From: an uncultured Phycisphaerales bacterium
GTDB lineage: Bacteria; Planctomycetota; Phycisphaerae; Tepidisphaerales; Tepidisphaeraceae
Reading direction: 5' to 3'
NCBI GenBank assembly: GCA_963758525.1
Contig: CAVWVQ010000004.1
Location: forward strand, 64,001-128,000
DNA length: 64,000 bases
How positions within the stretch are numbered: position 1 is the stretch's first letter; each line of letters starts with the position of its first letter. Below are positions 41,380-52,400 of this stretch, piece after piece. The notes under the pieces are model-generated. The model saw only the letters and a list, made by a program, of their open reading frames with translations, was not told the DNA's origin and searched no databases. Made by a program: the position numbers and the translations under genes.

Positions 41380-42318
41380 ATGACGGCTCGACGAACCTGC
41401 GGCTGTCTGCTCATCTGCGCTGTGACCTTGATCCTCATCGGGATGGCCGCCGAGAACGCCCGCGCGGATCAGCAGATCAATCCGAAGGCCTGGTTCGACG
41501 CCCGCAATGTCTGCATCTTCCCGCTTGCCGCGGGGGCGCTGCCACGCTCGCGCGATGAGCTGGACAAATCGCTCATGGGCGGCTGGGACAAGGCAATGCG
41601 GGTTCCAGATGCGAGCAAAGTTGTGCAAATTCATGGCGAAGCGTATCCCGCCCTGGAAAGCATCCGCATCGATCTGTCAGATTCGACGCTGCCGACCGGC
41701 AAGTCGGAGAAGGTGAAGCCCAATAACAAGCCGCAGACGCAACTTGGCGTCGCACGTTTTGACCTGGTCGGCGAGCCGCTTCTGTGCGATCACGCAAAGC
41801 TGAATCTCAGCATCAGCGCCGCCGACGCCCATCTCGAACTCGAGCGCGACCGTGGGGGCAAGCCGATCCTGCTCCTCTCCGAAGCCAAAAACGCGAACCT
41901 CGCCTTCGACGCCACCCGCGCCGATCTCGAACGCATTCTCGTCTCCGATCTCCGCGCGGCCGCCTCTCCCTACGGCGTGGAGATCGTCAGCGCGTCCCTC
42001 TATCTGGTCGCGGAGAATGATCGCTCTGTCTCCGTCGATCTGCACGTCTCAACGAAGTTTGCCCTGATCCCCGCCGGCATGCGATTCAAGGCTCATGTCG
42101 ACATCGACGACGCCATGAACGCCAAACTCACCGGCCTCACCTGCGAAGGGGACGAAGTCCTCGGCCCACTGATCGTCGGCCTGCTCCGCCCGGGCCTCGC
42201 CAAATATGACGGCAAATCCCGCCCGCTCATCAGCTTCCCTTCCGGCAAGATGCACCTGCGCGACGTGAAGATTCACGTGGATGACAGCGTTCACCTGAAC
42301 GCCGCGTTCGGGAGCTGA
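41380..42318 (+). CDS. Hypothetical secreted protein
   Basis: Signal-like N-terminus (LLICAVTLILIGMAAENARA) and coding-like codon usage; no recognisable family. Start uncertain. Confidence 0.65.
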   Translation: MTARRTCGCLLICAVTLILIGMAAENARADQQINPKAWFDARNVCIFPLAAGALPRSRDELDKSLMGGWDKAMRVPDASKVVQIHGEAYPALESIRIDLSDSTLPTGKSEKVKPNNKPQTQLGVARFDLVGEPLLCDHAKLNLSISAADAHLELERDRGGKPILLLSEAKNANLAFDATRADLERILVSDLRAAASPYGVEIVSASLYLVAENDRSVSVDLHVSTKFALIPAGMRFKAHVDIDDAMNAKLTGLTCEGDEVLGPLIVGLLRPGLAKYDGKSRPLISFPSGKMHLRDVKIHVDDSVHLNAAFGS

Positions 42319-42389
42319 AACGACGGTAAAAATGCAATCCACGTCAACGCCGGCCCGTCAGTGGCCGATGATTCCCTGCAGGAGACCCG

Positions 42390-43121
42390 TTGATTCAAGT
42401 AGCCGACTTTTGCAAAGCATACCGCGGCACGGTTGCGGTCGAGGCGCTGAGCTTCGACGTGCAGCCGGGGCAGGTGCTGGGTCTGCTGGGCCCAAATGGC
42501 GCCGGAAAAACGACCACGATGCGGGCCATCGCCGGAGTCATCCCGCCCACGCGGGGCCGATTGCTCGTCTCGAATCACGATGTGTCCGCGGACCCGGTGA
42601 CTGCCAAGGGGCTGCTAGCGTATGTGCCGGACGATCCGAAGCTGTTCGACGCCTTGACCGTATGGGAGCATCTGCAATTCATCGCCGCCGCCTATCGCGT
42701 GAAGAACTTTGAAGCCGACGCGGCGGCGCTGCTGGATCAATTTGAATTAACGCCTAAACGAGATGCGCTCGCGCAGGAACTGTCGCGCGGGATGCGGCAA
42801 AAGGTGGCGATCTGCTGCGCGTATCTGCATCGTCCCCGGGCGATTCTCTTTGACGAGCCGATCACCGGCCTCGATCCCCATGGCATCAGAACGATGAAGA
42901 AATCAGTTCGGCAGCGCGCCGACGAGGGCGCGGCCGTCGTCGTCAGCTCCCACCTCCTCTCGCTGGTGGAGGACCTCTGCACTCATCTTCTGATCCTCCA
43001 TCACGGTCGACGAATCTTCTTCGGCCCTGTGGAGGATGCCAGGATCGCCTTTGCCAATGTCAGCGGCGATGCGTCTCTGGAGGAAATGTTCTTCCGCGCC
43101 ACCGAAGGAAAGGCGGCATAG
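42390..43121 (+). CDS. ABC transporter ATP-binding protein
   Basis: GPNGAGKTT, LSRGMRQK, FDEPITGLDP, SSH. Confidence 0.92.
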   Translation: MIQVADFCKAYRGTVAVEALSFDVQPGQVLGLLGPNGAGKTTTMRAIAGVIPPTRGRLLVSNHDVSADPVTAKGLLAYVPDDPKLFDALTVWEHLQFIAAAYRVKNFEADAAALLDQFELTPKRDALAQELSRGMRQKVAICCAYLHRPRAILFDEPITGLDPHGIRTMKKSVRQRADEGAAVVVSSHLLSLVEDLCTHLLILHHGRRIFFGPVEDARIAFANVSGDASLEEMFFRATEGKAA

Positions 43122-43133
43122 AACTCCCACGCC

Positions 43134-44752
43134 ATGCCCGCCGCCCTCCTCATGCTTCTCCGGCTGCACTTCCGCGGCAAACTCCGCCACTCGCTGCGCG
43201 GATTGCGCACGCCCCGCGGGCTGATTTTTCTGCTGCTGGGAGTGCTGGCGCTGTCCCTCTGGCTGGGCCCGGCGTGTACCGCGCGCTGCGACTCCCGCGC
43301 GCTGATCCGCAAATGGTGCGCACGATCGCGCCTTTCGCGATCCTGGGTTTTTGCCTGAGCAATCTGTTCACTTCCTTTGGCGACAGCGCCATTCCGTTCT
43401 CGGGCGCGGAAGTTGATTTTCTCTTTACCGGGCCTTTCAGCCGCCGTTCGCTGCTGGGATACAAGATCGCCAAAACCGCGCTCGGCACAACCTTCACGAC
43501 GCTGATCTTCTCCATCCTGCTCCTGCGCTACAGCGCGTCGTGGTTCGCCTGCTGCTTGGGCATCTGGCTCACGGTTCAATTCATGCAACTGTTCGCCATG
43601 GCGGTCATCATGGTCGGCCAAACGATCGGAGAGCGGGCGTACACCGGGACCCGGCGGGCGCTGCTGATCGCGGCCGCGGCGCTGGCGCTGGTCGCCGTTG
43701 CGCCGACATTAGCCGCTCACCTGCACAGCAAGCCGCTTACTCTCATGACACAGATCCATGACACGATTGCCGGCCGGGTGCTGCTCGCACCATTCGACGT
43801 GTTTGCAAATACGATCACCGCCCGCCCGCCCGATCTCCTGAAGTGGGCGATCCCGGCGTTTCTGATCAACCTGCTCATGCTGGCCATCGTGATCGGCCTC
43901 GACGCCAACTACCTCGAAACCGCCGCGACAGTCAGCCAGCGGCGCTACGAACGCCGGCAGCGCGCTCGCAGCGGCGGCATTGCCAGATTGAGCGACGGGA
44001 ACGGCCCGAGGTTCTCGGTGATCCAGCTCCCGCGCTGGGCGCGCGCCGGCCCCATCGCCTGGCGTCAGCTCATCGGAGCCGCGCGCAGCTCGCGCGCCCT
44101 GTTCATCCTTCTGCTCATCATCGGCAGCGCCGCCGCGGCATTTGTCGCGCAACTCCACAGCGGCGGGTCCGCAGCGTCGTTGGGAAAGATGATCGGAACC
44201 GTTGGGTGGATGAACGTCGTTTTCATCTCGATGCTCAAGTTCGACTTCCGCGACGAGCTGGACCGCCTGGACCTGCTGCGTTCGCTGCCGGTGTCGCCCA
44301 TCGCCGTCGCCGCGGCGGAGGTGTTCACACCCGTCGCGGTGCTGACAGCGATGCAGGCTACCCTCCTGATCGCGGTCGCGGTGTGCTTCAAGCACGCCTG
44401 GCAGTTCGTGATCCCCGCCGCGGTGTTCGCGGTGCCGTTCAACGTGCTGCACGTCGGCATCGAAAACCTGCTCTTCCTGATGTTCCCTCTTCGTTCCGCC
44501 GGGCTCATCGCCGGCGACATGCAACTCTTCGGCCGGCAGATGGTGATCTTCTGCTGCAAATTCTTCCTGTTGCTGACCGGCCTCTCCGTCGCCGCGGCCG
44601 TAGGAACCGTCGGATATATTCTGGGCCATCAATCCTGGCTAGCCTTTGGCGCGGTGGCATGGGTCGCCCTGTCGCTCGCGGCAGCCGCCACGATCCCACT
44701 ATTGGCGCGGGCGTATTCCAGATTCGATCCGAGCATGGATACGCCGCCGTAA
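43134..44752 (+). CDS. Putative ABC exporter permease, apparent frameshift at ~43274
   Basis: Multi-TM protein with F..AEVDFLF.GPF.RR.LL.YK; N-terminus in ORF 43134, body in ORF 43274; follows the ATPase. Confidence 0.78.
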
Positions 44753-44861
44753 GGCTATTTGGGCGCTGTTGCAGCTAAAACACGGCATTAGAACTTGCGC
44801 GGATCGGTTCATTGCTACTTCTCTTCGCCCGGCTGTCGATAAATCTCGACTCCACTCTGGT

Positions 44862-44976
44862 CCCTTCTCCCGGTACGCCGGGAGAAGGTTAGGATGAGGG
44901 TGATTTCGAACACCAAGTGCACTCGAATTCCAATCACCCTCACCCCAACCCTCTCCCGGCGTACCGGGAGAGGGGG
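44862..44976. repeat. REP-like palindromic doublet (CCCTCACCCC.ACCCTCTCCCG..GGGAGAGGG family)
   Basis: Two inverted hairpin units, CCCTTCTCCCGGTACGCCGGGAGAAGG..GATGAGGGTGATT and AATCACCCTCACCCCAACCCTCTCCCGGCGTACCGGGAGAGGGG. Confidence 0.85.
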
Positions 44977-45081
44977 CAGTTTGGAAGACAGTCGGGCGTT
45001 CGATGCGCCAAAAGGAGGAACTGCGCCGGACAACGGAGCGCATATCTCTCGGTCTGAGCGCGACCGTGTTATCCTAGGGCA

Positions 45082-45642
45082 ATGGAGATTCGCCCCGCGA
45101 CGCTCGCGGACATTGACGATTTGATGGAGATCGACGGAACGATCGAATCGACCCACTATCTCCACGTCGAGCAGACCGGCGAAGGTGTCGCACTGTCATG
45201 GCGGCTGGAAGAGCGACTGTCTCGGTCAACCAACGTGATTTCTAATCCGATCGACGAAGACAACCGCTTTTTCCTCCGCCAGGTGCTCAGCGGCGCTGAT
45301 GAGGGCGTGGCGCTTGCGGTGGTGTACGAGAGCGCGGCTATCGCGATGTTGCTCGCCCGTCCGGAGCATGAACACCGGACGCTGCGCGCGATCGATCTGC
45401 GCGTCGACAGCGATTACCGCCGCCAGGGGCTCGCCACCGCGCTGCTGCTGACGATGATCGGCACAGCTCGCAGCCAGGAGCTTCGCGCCGTTGAGATTGA
45501 AACTCGTGCCGACAACTCCCCAATGTATCACTTGCTGCCGAAGTGCGGCTTCGAGCTCGCCGGACTCGATACGCGACGGCACAGCAACCATGATCTGGTC
45601 AAGGAATCTGCCACGCTCCTTTGGTACGCTTCGCTCGACTGA
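45082..45642 (+). CDS. GNAT family N-acetyltransferase
   Basis: LRVDSDYRRQGLATALL acetyl-CoA motif; ETRADN.P...L.KCGF. Confidence 0.85.
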   Translation: MEIRPATLADIDDLMEIDGTIESTHYLHVEQTGEGVALSWRLEERLSRSTNVISNPIDEDNRFFLRQVLSGADEGVALAVVYESAAIAMLLARPEHEHRTLRAIDLRVDSDYRRQGLATALLLTMIGTARSQELRAVEIETRADNSPMYHLLPKCGFELAGLDTRRHSNHDLVKESATLLWYASLD

Positions 45643-45660
45643 CTCTGAAAGATCCTTCTG

Positions 45661-47043
45661 ATGGCCGACAAGTTTACCTCGATGTTCAGCGACGATTCCT
45701 CGGACGACCGGCTGGCGTTTCGTCCGCCTGATCAGGATGCCGCGGTCGCGGAGCGAATTGAGGAGATTCCCGCCGCGGACGGCGCCCACGTTCTGGAAAG
45801 TCTTCCGACCGATCAGGCGGCTGAAGTCGCAGAATATCTCGATCCGGACACCGCCGCGCGCATTTTTGCGGAGATGGATCCGCCGCGCGCCGCTGAAGTG
45901 CTGACCGGGATGGAGGCCGCCGAGGCGTCGATGGTTGTCTCGGCAATGCATCCGGATGACCGGGTCGACGTGCTGGAATATCTCCCGACGGGCGTCCACG
46001 ATGCGATCGTCGACGAATTGACCCCCGCGGAAGCCGAGGACGTTCGCAACCTCGAGCAATACGCGCCCGATACGGCCGGTGGAATCATGACCACCGATGT
46101 GACGGCGCTCCCGGAACACCTGACGGTCGAAGAGGCGGTCGCCGAGCTGCGCCGGCTCAATGAACAGTTCACCCAGATGTTTTATGTGTACGTCATCGAT
46201 CATCGGCGGCACCTGCTGGGTGTGCTCTCCATGCGCGATCTGATTTTCGAGCGGCCCGGCAAGAGACTCACGCAGGTGATGCGTTCCGAGGTGACGCGCG
46301 TGCCGGCTTCCATGGACCAGGAGCAGGTCGCCCGCGTGATGCGGCGATACAACTACCTCGCCCTTCCCGTCGTGGATGATCAGAACCGCCTGCTCGGCAT
46401 CATCACCCTCGATGACGTGATGGATGTGATCACGGAAGAAGCCACTGAAGACGTGCAGAAGATGGCCGGCGCCGGTGCTCAGGAACGGCTGACCAGTCCC
46501 TGGCAGTTCAGCTTCAAAAAGCGCGTCTGGTGGCTCGAAGTCAACTTGCTGACGGCGTTTCTCGCCGCCGGCGTCGTCGCCAAGTTCGACAGCGTGATCG
46601 CCGCCCTGCCGATCCTTGCCGCGTATCAGACGATCGTTTCCGGCATGGGAGGCAATGCGGGCGCCCAGGCGATGGCCGTCTCCATCCGCGGCATCGCGCT
46701 GGGTGAAGTCGACCAGAAAATGCTGCGCGGGATTCTCTACCGCGAGCTCATCGTCGGCATACTGACCGGGATCGCCATCGGTGTCACCACCTGGCTTTGC
46801 GCTCTCTGCGGAGCCTTCAACTATCACCAGCACGCGTTCATGCTCGGGATGGTCGTTTGCCTGGCGCTGGCCCTCAACCACATCAACGCATGTCTCACCG
46901 GCGTCGCGATCCCTTTCGTGATGAAATGGTTCGGTTTCGACCCGGCACAATCCGCCACCATCTTCGCGACCACGTTCACCGACTGCGGTGGATTTTTCCT
47001 GACCCTCTACCTCGCCAAGATCTTCATGCCCTGGCTGGTGTGA
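45661..47043 (+). CDS. mgtE: Magnesium transporter MgtE
   Basis: TAGGIMTT, CBS pair, GMGGNAGAQ, DPAQSATIFATTFTD. Confidence 0.93.
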   Translation: MADKFTSMFSDDSSDDRLAFRPPDQDAAVAERIEEIPAADGAHVLESLPTDQAAEVAEYLDPDTAARIFAEMDPPRAAEVLTGMEAAEASMVVSAMHPDDRVDVLEYLPTGVHDAIVDELTPAEAEDVRNLEQYAPDTAGGIMTTDVTALPEHLTVEEAVAELRRLNEQFTQMFYVYVIDHRRHLLGVLSMRDLIFERPGKRLTQVMRSEVTRVPASMDQEQVARVMRRYNYLALPVVDDQNRLLGIITLDDVMDVITEEATEDVQKMAGAGAQERLTSPWQFSFKKRVWWLEVNLLTAFLAAGVVAKFDSVIAALPILAAYQTIVSGMGGNAGAQAMAVSIRGIALGEVDQKMLRGILYRELIVGILTGIAIGVTTWLCALCGAFNYHQHAFMLGMVVCLALALNHINACLTGVAIPFVMKWFGFDPAQSATIFATTFTDCGGFFLTLYLAKIFMPWLV

Positions 47044-47046
47044 GGT

Positions 47047-48246
47047 TCAAGGTGCCAACCGCGCAAACTTCCTTCCGAGTTTCACGACGGTTGCTTTCTC
47101 GAAGGTGAATTCCTTCGCGAACTCCGTCACCCTCACGCCGTCAAGGTAAACGGCGCCTTCCTTCAGCTTGCGGATTGCCTCGCCATTGGAAGCTGCGAGC
47201 CCGGCTTTCACCAGCAGCGGCGCGAGTTTGTGCGGCCCTGGGCCGACCGCGATCTCCTTTGTGTCGTCGGGAATCCCTCCCTGTTGAGAGACACGGTTCC
47301 ATTCCTCCTCCGCTGCCTGCGCCGCCGACGGGTCGTGGAGCCAGGAGATGACTTCTCTGGCCAGGCGAGCTTTCGCATCGCGCGGACGATCGCGGATGAT
47401 CGCCCGGTATTCCTCGGGGGGAACGTCGGTGACCAGCTGGTAGTAACTCTCCATGACCGCATCGGGCAGACGCATGATCTTTCCAAACATCCCTGATTGT
47501 CCGCCGGGAGCATCGGTGACGCCGATGTAGTTGCCCTTGCTCTTGGACATCTTCATCGCGCCGTCGGTGCCGACGAGTAACGGCGTCACGATCACCACCT
47601 GCCCATCGCCCCCCTCTTCTTTCTGAAATTCCCGGCCCACCAGGTTGTTGAAGAGCTGATCGCTGCCGCCCATTTCGACGTCCGCATGAATCGTCACGCT
47701 GTCCCATCCCTGCAACAGCGGATAGAGCAATTCGTGCAGGCGAATGTCCACGCCCTTGGTGAAACGATCCTTGAACGAATCGCGATCGAGCATCTGGGCG
47801 ACGGTCTTGCGCCCGGCCAGGCGAATCATGTCAACGAGGTTCATCTTTGCGAGCCATTCGCCGTTCCATCGCACCTCGAGGTGTTCCGGACCTGTCATGA
47901 GAATTTTGCCGACTTGCGCGACATAGGTCTTTGCGTTCGCGTCGATCTCCTCCCCCGTGAGAATGGGGCGCGTCGCGTCGCGGCCCGACGGATCGCCGAC
48001 GCGGGCGGTGTAGTCGCCGATGATCAGCACTGCCTTATGGCCCCATTCCTGGAACTGGCGGATGACGCGGAGCGGAACCGCATGGCCCAGCGTCACATCC
48101 GGAGCCGTCGGATCCATGCCGAGCTTGATGCGCAGCGGCTGACCGGTCTGTGCGCTGCGGGTGAGTTTGCGGCGCAGGTCCTCGTCGCTCAGTATTCGTT
48201 CGCAGCGCCGGCCGAGCAGATGAATCTGTTCATCAATCGAGATCAT
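47047..48246 (-). CDS. tyrS: Tyrosine--tRNA ligase
   Basis: KLGMDPTAPDVTLGH, YPLLQGWDS, GGSDQ, KMSKS, C-terminal S4-like domain. Confidence 0.95.
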   Translation of the reverse strand: MISIDEQIHLLGRRCERILSDEDLRRKLTRSAQTGQPLRIKLGMDPTAPDVTLGHAVPLRVIRQFQEWGHKAVLIIGDYTARVGDPSGRDATRPILTGEEIDANAKTYVAQVGKILMTGPEHLEVRWNGEWLAKMNLVDMIRLAGRKTVAQMLDRDSFKDRFTKGVDIRLHELLYPLLQGWDSVTIHADVEMGGSDQLFNNLVGREFQKEEGGDGQVVIVTPLLVGTDGAMKMSKSKGNYIGVTDAPGGQSGMFGKIMRLPDAVMESYYQLVTDVPPEEYRAIIRDRPRDAKARLAREVISWLHDPSAAQAAEEEWNRVSQQGGIPDDTKEIAVGPGPHKLAPLLVKAGLAASNGEAIRKLKEGAVYLDGVRVTEFAKEFTFEKATVVKLGRKFARLAP

Positions 48247-48284
48247 GGTGGTCCGGAGAGTTTACCCGAATACATCGGGCGGCT

Positions 48285-49287
48285 TCAGTGTGACTGGCTC
48301 AGAAACTGATACGTGCTGGCGGCGTTGAACAGCGCATGCATCACGATGCTGGTCCAAAGATTCCCTGTTCGCTCGTACGCATATCCCAGGCCGATCGCCA
48401 GGAAAAAGATGGGCGGCCACATCCAACGCGGATGCACGGATGTGAAGAGTGCCGACGCGAGGACGATGGCGGTCCATGTCTGCAAGGCGACGCCGCGGGA
48501 AGGAATCGCCTGCTCCTCATGCAGTTCGATCGGCCGGGCATCGGATAAGGCTCCCGCTACCTCGTCGTGCGTTTGCGGCGCGCCAATGACGGGCAGCACG
48601 CCAGTCATTCGACAGAGCAATTCGCGCAAAAAGGTCTGAATATGAGCGCGAAAGATTAATTCCTCGAACAGAGGCGCCAGGATGACGGCTCCGACAATCA
48701 AGGTGCCGCGGGCCAGTTGATTCGTGGTGTCGCCCATCGCTTTGAGAAGCTCGTGCTCCTGCGGATGCGCGTAGTGATGCACTTCGTAAAACCATTCGGT
48801 CAGCGCTGAGATCAGCATGATCATCGGCCACACCATCAGAATTCCCAGGACGCCGCGGAGCGCGCCCGGCAGCGGATTGCGGCGTAACCCCAGCCCTTCG
48901 AGCCGCGATGCACGTCCGAGGAGCAATGTGTCGGTGGCCAGGGCAGCACTCAGTCCGACGAACGGCGGAACAGTGGAAATAAACGCCCAGTCTTTGGGGC
49001 TCAACGTCGCCTCGGTGATGATCAATCCGGGATGCGCCGCGCAGCGCCGCGGAATAGATCGCCTGCGTGAAAAACCATGCAAAGCAGGCAATCGAGGCGG
49101 CCAGGAGCAGACGGTAGATGATCCCGTCGACCAGCGGCAGGCGATAAGGCCCGCTGACCGACCGGGCGCGGAACAATCCGGTCGCCGCGGCGCCGGCCAT
49201 GCCGGCCAGTGACATCAGGATCCACGGCGCAAGCGAGACGCTGCTGACTGGAGAGACGGATTCTGCCGCGGCGGCTAAGATGGACAT
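48285..49287 (-). CDS. CPBP family intramembrane metalloprotease (Abi/CAAX type II), apparent frameshift at ~49045
   Basis: APLFEELIFR, F..VH, SIVMHALFN; the N-terminal TM part lies in ORF 48517-49287. Confidence 0.82.
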
Positions 49288-49364
49288 GTACGAAGGCCGT
49301 TGTAAATGTTTCCCGCTCCAGCGGATGGGGCGGGGAATCTTAATCCCGAGGCGTGCATTTTCCC

Positions 49365-50174
49365 ATGAGCAGCGTGTTGGACAAAATTATCGAAAGCAAG
49401 CGGCGCGAGGTCGCCGAGCGTCGGCAGAGCGTACCGATCGAGTCATTGCGCGAAACCATCAGCACGCTCGGCCGGCCGCGCAACTTTTTCCACGCGGTGA
49501 CGCGCAAAACGTCAAAGGCGTTAAACCTGATTGCGGAAGTCAAAAAAGCCTCCCCCAGTGCCGGCGTTATCCGAGCCGATTTCGATCCCGTGGCGATTGC
49601 CCAGACCTACGCCGCGGCCGGCGCCGATGCGCTGAGCGTTTTGACCGACGAACCCTTTTTCCAGGGCAAGCTCGAATACATTCATGCGATCCGCGACCGG
49701 GTCAGGCTGCCGGTATTGCGGAAGGATTTCATCATCGATCCGTATCAGGTGTACGAAACGCGGGCATGCGGGGCGGACGCCATGCTGCTGATTGCCGAAT
49801 GTCTGGAGACGAGCCAGATGATCGACCTGCAGATTCTGGCCACAGAGTTGAGCCTCACGTGCCTGATTGAGGTGCATGACATGGACAATCTGATGCGCGT
49901 CCGGGATCACGTGATCGGCTTTCCGCATCGCAGTTACAGCCTGTTGGGAATTAACAACCGCGACTTGCGGACATTCCAGACCGATCTGGGAAATACCCTG
50001 CGGCTGGCCGAACTCGTCGAAGACCGCTCCGTGCTCGTCAGTGAAAGCGGCATTCGCACGCGTGAAGATGTTCTCAAACTTGCCGCCGCCGGAGTCAGCG
50101 CAGCGCTCGTCGGCGAAAGCCTCATGCGCAGCGACGATGTAGCCGGCAAGATTCGCGAACTCTTTCACAAATAA
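49365..50174 (+). CDS. trpC: Indole-3-glycerol phosphate synthase
   Basis: LIAEVKKASPS, LSVLTD..FF.G, LRKDF, GINNRDL, VSESGI. Confidence 0.95.
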   Translation: MSSVLDKIIESKRREVAERRQSVPIESLRETISTLGRPRNFFHAVTRKTSKALNLIAEVKKASPSAGVIRADFDPVAIAQTYAAAGADALSVLTDEPFFQGKLEYIHAIRDRVRLPVLRKDFIIDPYQVYETRACGADAMLLIAECLETSQMIDLQILATELSLTCLIEVHDMDNLMRVRDHVIGFPHRSYSLLGINNRDLRTFQTDLGNTLRLAELVEDRSVLVSESGIRTREDVLKLAAAGVSAALVGESLMRSDDVAGKIRELFHK

Positions 50175-50238
50175 ACCCACAGAGGCGCGGTTACAAAACG
50201 GCCTGTTAGTAAACATCCCCATAAGTAAGGGACCATCA

Positions 50239-50310
50239 ATGTAGGGCGGGATTTATCCCGCCGGATGCCTCCGCCGGATGCGAATCGGCGGGATAGATCC
50301 CGCCCTACAT
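50239..50310. repeat. GTAG-type REP doublet
   Basis: ATGTAGGGCGGGATTTATCCCGCCG ... CGGCGGGATAGATCCCGCCCTACAT, between convergent genes. Confidence 0.88.
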
Positions 50311-50384
50311 GTGGCCCTCTTTCAATGGGGCGCTGTAGTTAGGGCCCGCGCACGAATAACTTCAATTTATTCATGCGCGAGCTC

Positions 50385-52172
50385 TTACTGCGGCCCGTTG
50401 TTATTCCCTCCCGCCATGTCCTGCCGCGCTTTCAGCCCGGCCGAAATCAGATTCTGAATCAGCTCCGTCGGGACGAACGTGTCGAAGCGAATCGACGGGC
50501 CGTCGGTCGCGACTGAGATGCCGATCGGCGGCAGGTCATCAGGAAGGTGCAGCTTGATCGGGAACCCGAAGTTCTCCGCCAGCTTGGAAGCGGATGTGGC
50601 GATGTTGTCGAGGAAGACGTAGTAAACGAGCACCGGCTTTTTCGCGAGATGCGACGCCACCATCGCGACGTTGGGGCGCGGGCTGATCGCGTCCTGCCCG
50701 CCTTTGGCGGAGGCAATCGCGTCAGAAATCAGTTGATCGTTGCCGCCGGTCACCACAATGTAATGACTGTCGTCCGCGGCGCCCGCGTACGCTCCCACGC
50801 CGTTGGGCCCATAAAGCAACGCGATGGCCTGTTGTGCCTGCGCTGCCTTGGGATCGTTCGGATCCATCGCCAGATTGGTCTGAAGCTGATCGAAGCTGAC
50901 GCCATCCACGGTCTTCGCGTCCGGCTTGAAATCGAAGGTCATGGGAGCGTTCGTCGATTGCGGTCCGCTCTTGAGCATGTCCGCCAGTGACTGGAACACC
51001 TTCCGGTTGCTGTCGCGGATGACCTTCGAATCCCCCTTGGATACCGCCACCGACTGAAGAACTGCTTCCTGCCCCGCCGCTCCGCTGGGAACGATATATC
51101 CCGCGCCCGAAGCATTCATGGCACCGACCGCATCCTTCATCGACGAGACCATATCGCCGACCGGCTTCCACTGATCGCCCGCTTCTCCCAGTTCCTTGAC
51201 GATCGGGTCGGCCAGGTTCCCCAACATCTGTTGCGCGACTTTCGGGTCGGCCGCGTAACCGCCGACTGCGAAGTATTTCTTGTCAGGCAGGCCCGCCAGT
51301 GCGGAGTCAGCCCCGGTCCCCTTCAACTGCGCAAAGTTCTGACCGAGCCGTGAGTCCGGCTGGAACTCCGCCATCGACCCGGCGCTGATCCCCGCGTCCG
51401 ACAGATCGATGCTGATCACGCCGCTGGTCCCCTGCTCGATGTAATCCTGCACCGCGTTCATATACATGTTGACGACCGCCTTGACCACCGGGGCCAGCTT
51501 CTTGCTGGCTTCGTCCTTGCCGAGATTGTTCTGCATCTCGTTGAGAAATTTCTCGCGCTGCTCCTTCAGCTTCGGCAGCCCAACCGTTCGAAGCTGCTCC
51601 ATGTTTGCAAAGATCGTGATGTCCTTCGACTCAGCTTCCTTCGCCGCGAGGCCCGCGAGCTTGAAGCCGGCCGGCTTGTTCGCCAGCGTCTCCTTGTTAT
51701 CCGCGACGGCAGCGAAATCGCCCCAGTGCGCGATGAAGACCGGCTTGTTGTCGTCGGTGCTGGTAGCGCTGGTGATATCGCCGTCTTCCTGCGGTTCCTT
51801 GAAGTTGCCGACAAATGCCTTGTAGTCACTGACGGGAATGATGCCCACGATTTTGGGCGGAGCACCGGCCGGCTGACCCGCGGGCATCGGAAAGAATGCA
51901 ATTGCCGCATCCCCGTCCTTATTAATGCCCTGAGACATGTGACCCTTCTCCAGCATCGAGCCGAGCGGGTCCTTGAACTCCGGGACCATCTCGTCGATCC
52001 CCCACGCGTGGGCGATTTTGATGATCTTCGCATTGATCGCATTCAGATTCTTCACTTTGAGCACCGCGATCGCGTCCGATGGCACCTGGTCGAGAACCTG
52101 CGCCTGAGCACGGGCGCTCAGTGCCAACGCCAACAACGCCAATGGAATAATGAGCCGGTTGCGAATCTTCAT
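50385..52172 (-). CDS. Hypothetical secreted protein
   Basis: Signal MKIRNRLIIPLALLALALSARAQA, GGAG RBS and coding-like codon usage; no family recognised with confidence. Confidence 0.75.
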   Translation of the reverse strand: MKIRNRLIIPLALLALALSARAQAQVLDQVPSDAIAVLKVKNLNAINAKIIKIAHAWGIDEMVPEFKDPLGSMLEKGHMSQGINKDGDAAIAFFPMPAGQPAGAPPKIVGIIPVSDYKAFVGNFKEPQEDGDITSATSTDDNKPVFIAHWGDFAAVADNKETLANKPAGFKLAGLAAKEAESKDITIFANMEQLRTVGLPKLKEQREKFLNEMQNNLGKDEASKKLAPVVKAVVNMYMNAVQDYIEQGTSGVISIDLSDAGISAGSMAEFQPDSRLGQNFAQLKGTGADSALAGLPDKKYFAVGGYAADPKVAQQMLGNLADPIVKELGEAGDQWKPVGDMVSSMKDAVGAMNASGAGYIVPSGAAGQEAVLQSVAVSKGDSKVIRDSNRKVFQSLADMLKSGPQSTNAPMTFDFKPDAKTVDGVSFDQLQTNLAMDPNDPKAAQAQQAIALLYGPNGVGAYAGAADDSHYIVVTGGNDQLISDAIASAKGGQDAISPRPNVAMVASHLAKKPVLVYYVFLDNIATSASKLAENFGFPIKLHLPDDLPPIGISVATDGPSIRFDTFVPTELIQNLISAGLKARQDMAGGNNNGPQ

Positions 52173-52400
52173 GCGGTCTCCTTCGACAGGCCGAACAGGC
52201 CGAGGCGGCAACACGCGAGGCAGGGGACGCGCACGCGTTCCTGCCGCGCAATACCGCGATCAATGAAAGACATCCTATCGGCTCGACATCGAGCGTCAAA
52301 GGTATAATCAGCGGCCTTCCTAGTAATCGCTGGTAATCGCAATTCTCCGAGTAAACGACCGTGCGCGATCCCGCGCGGTCCGCAGTCACCGAGAAATGCA

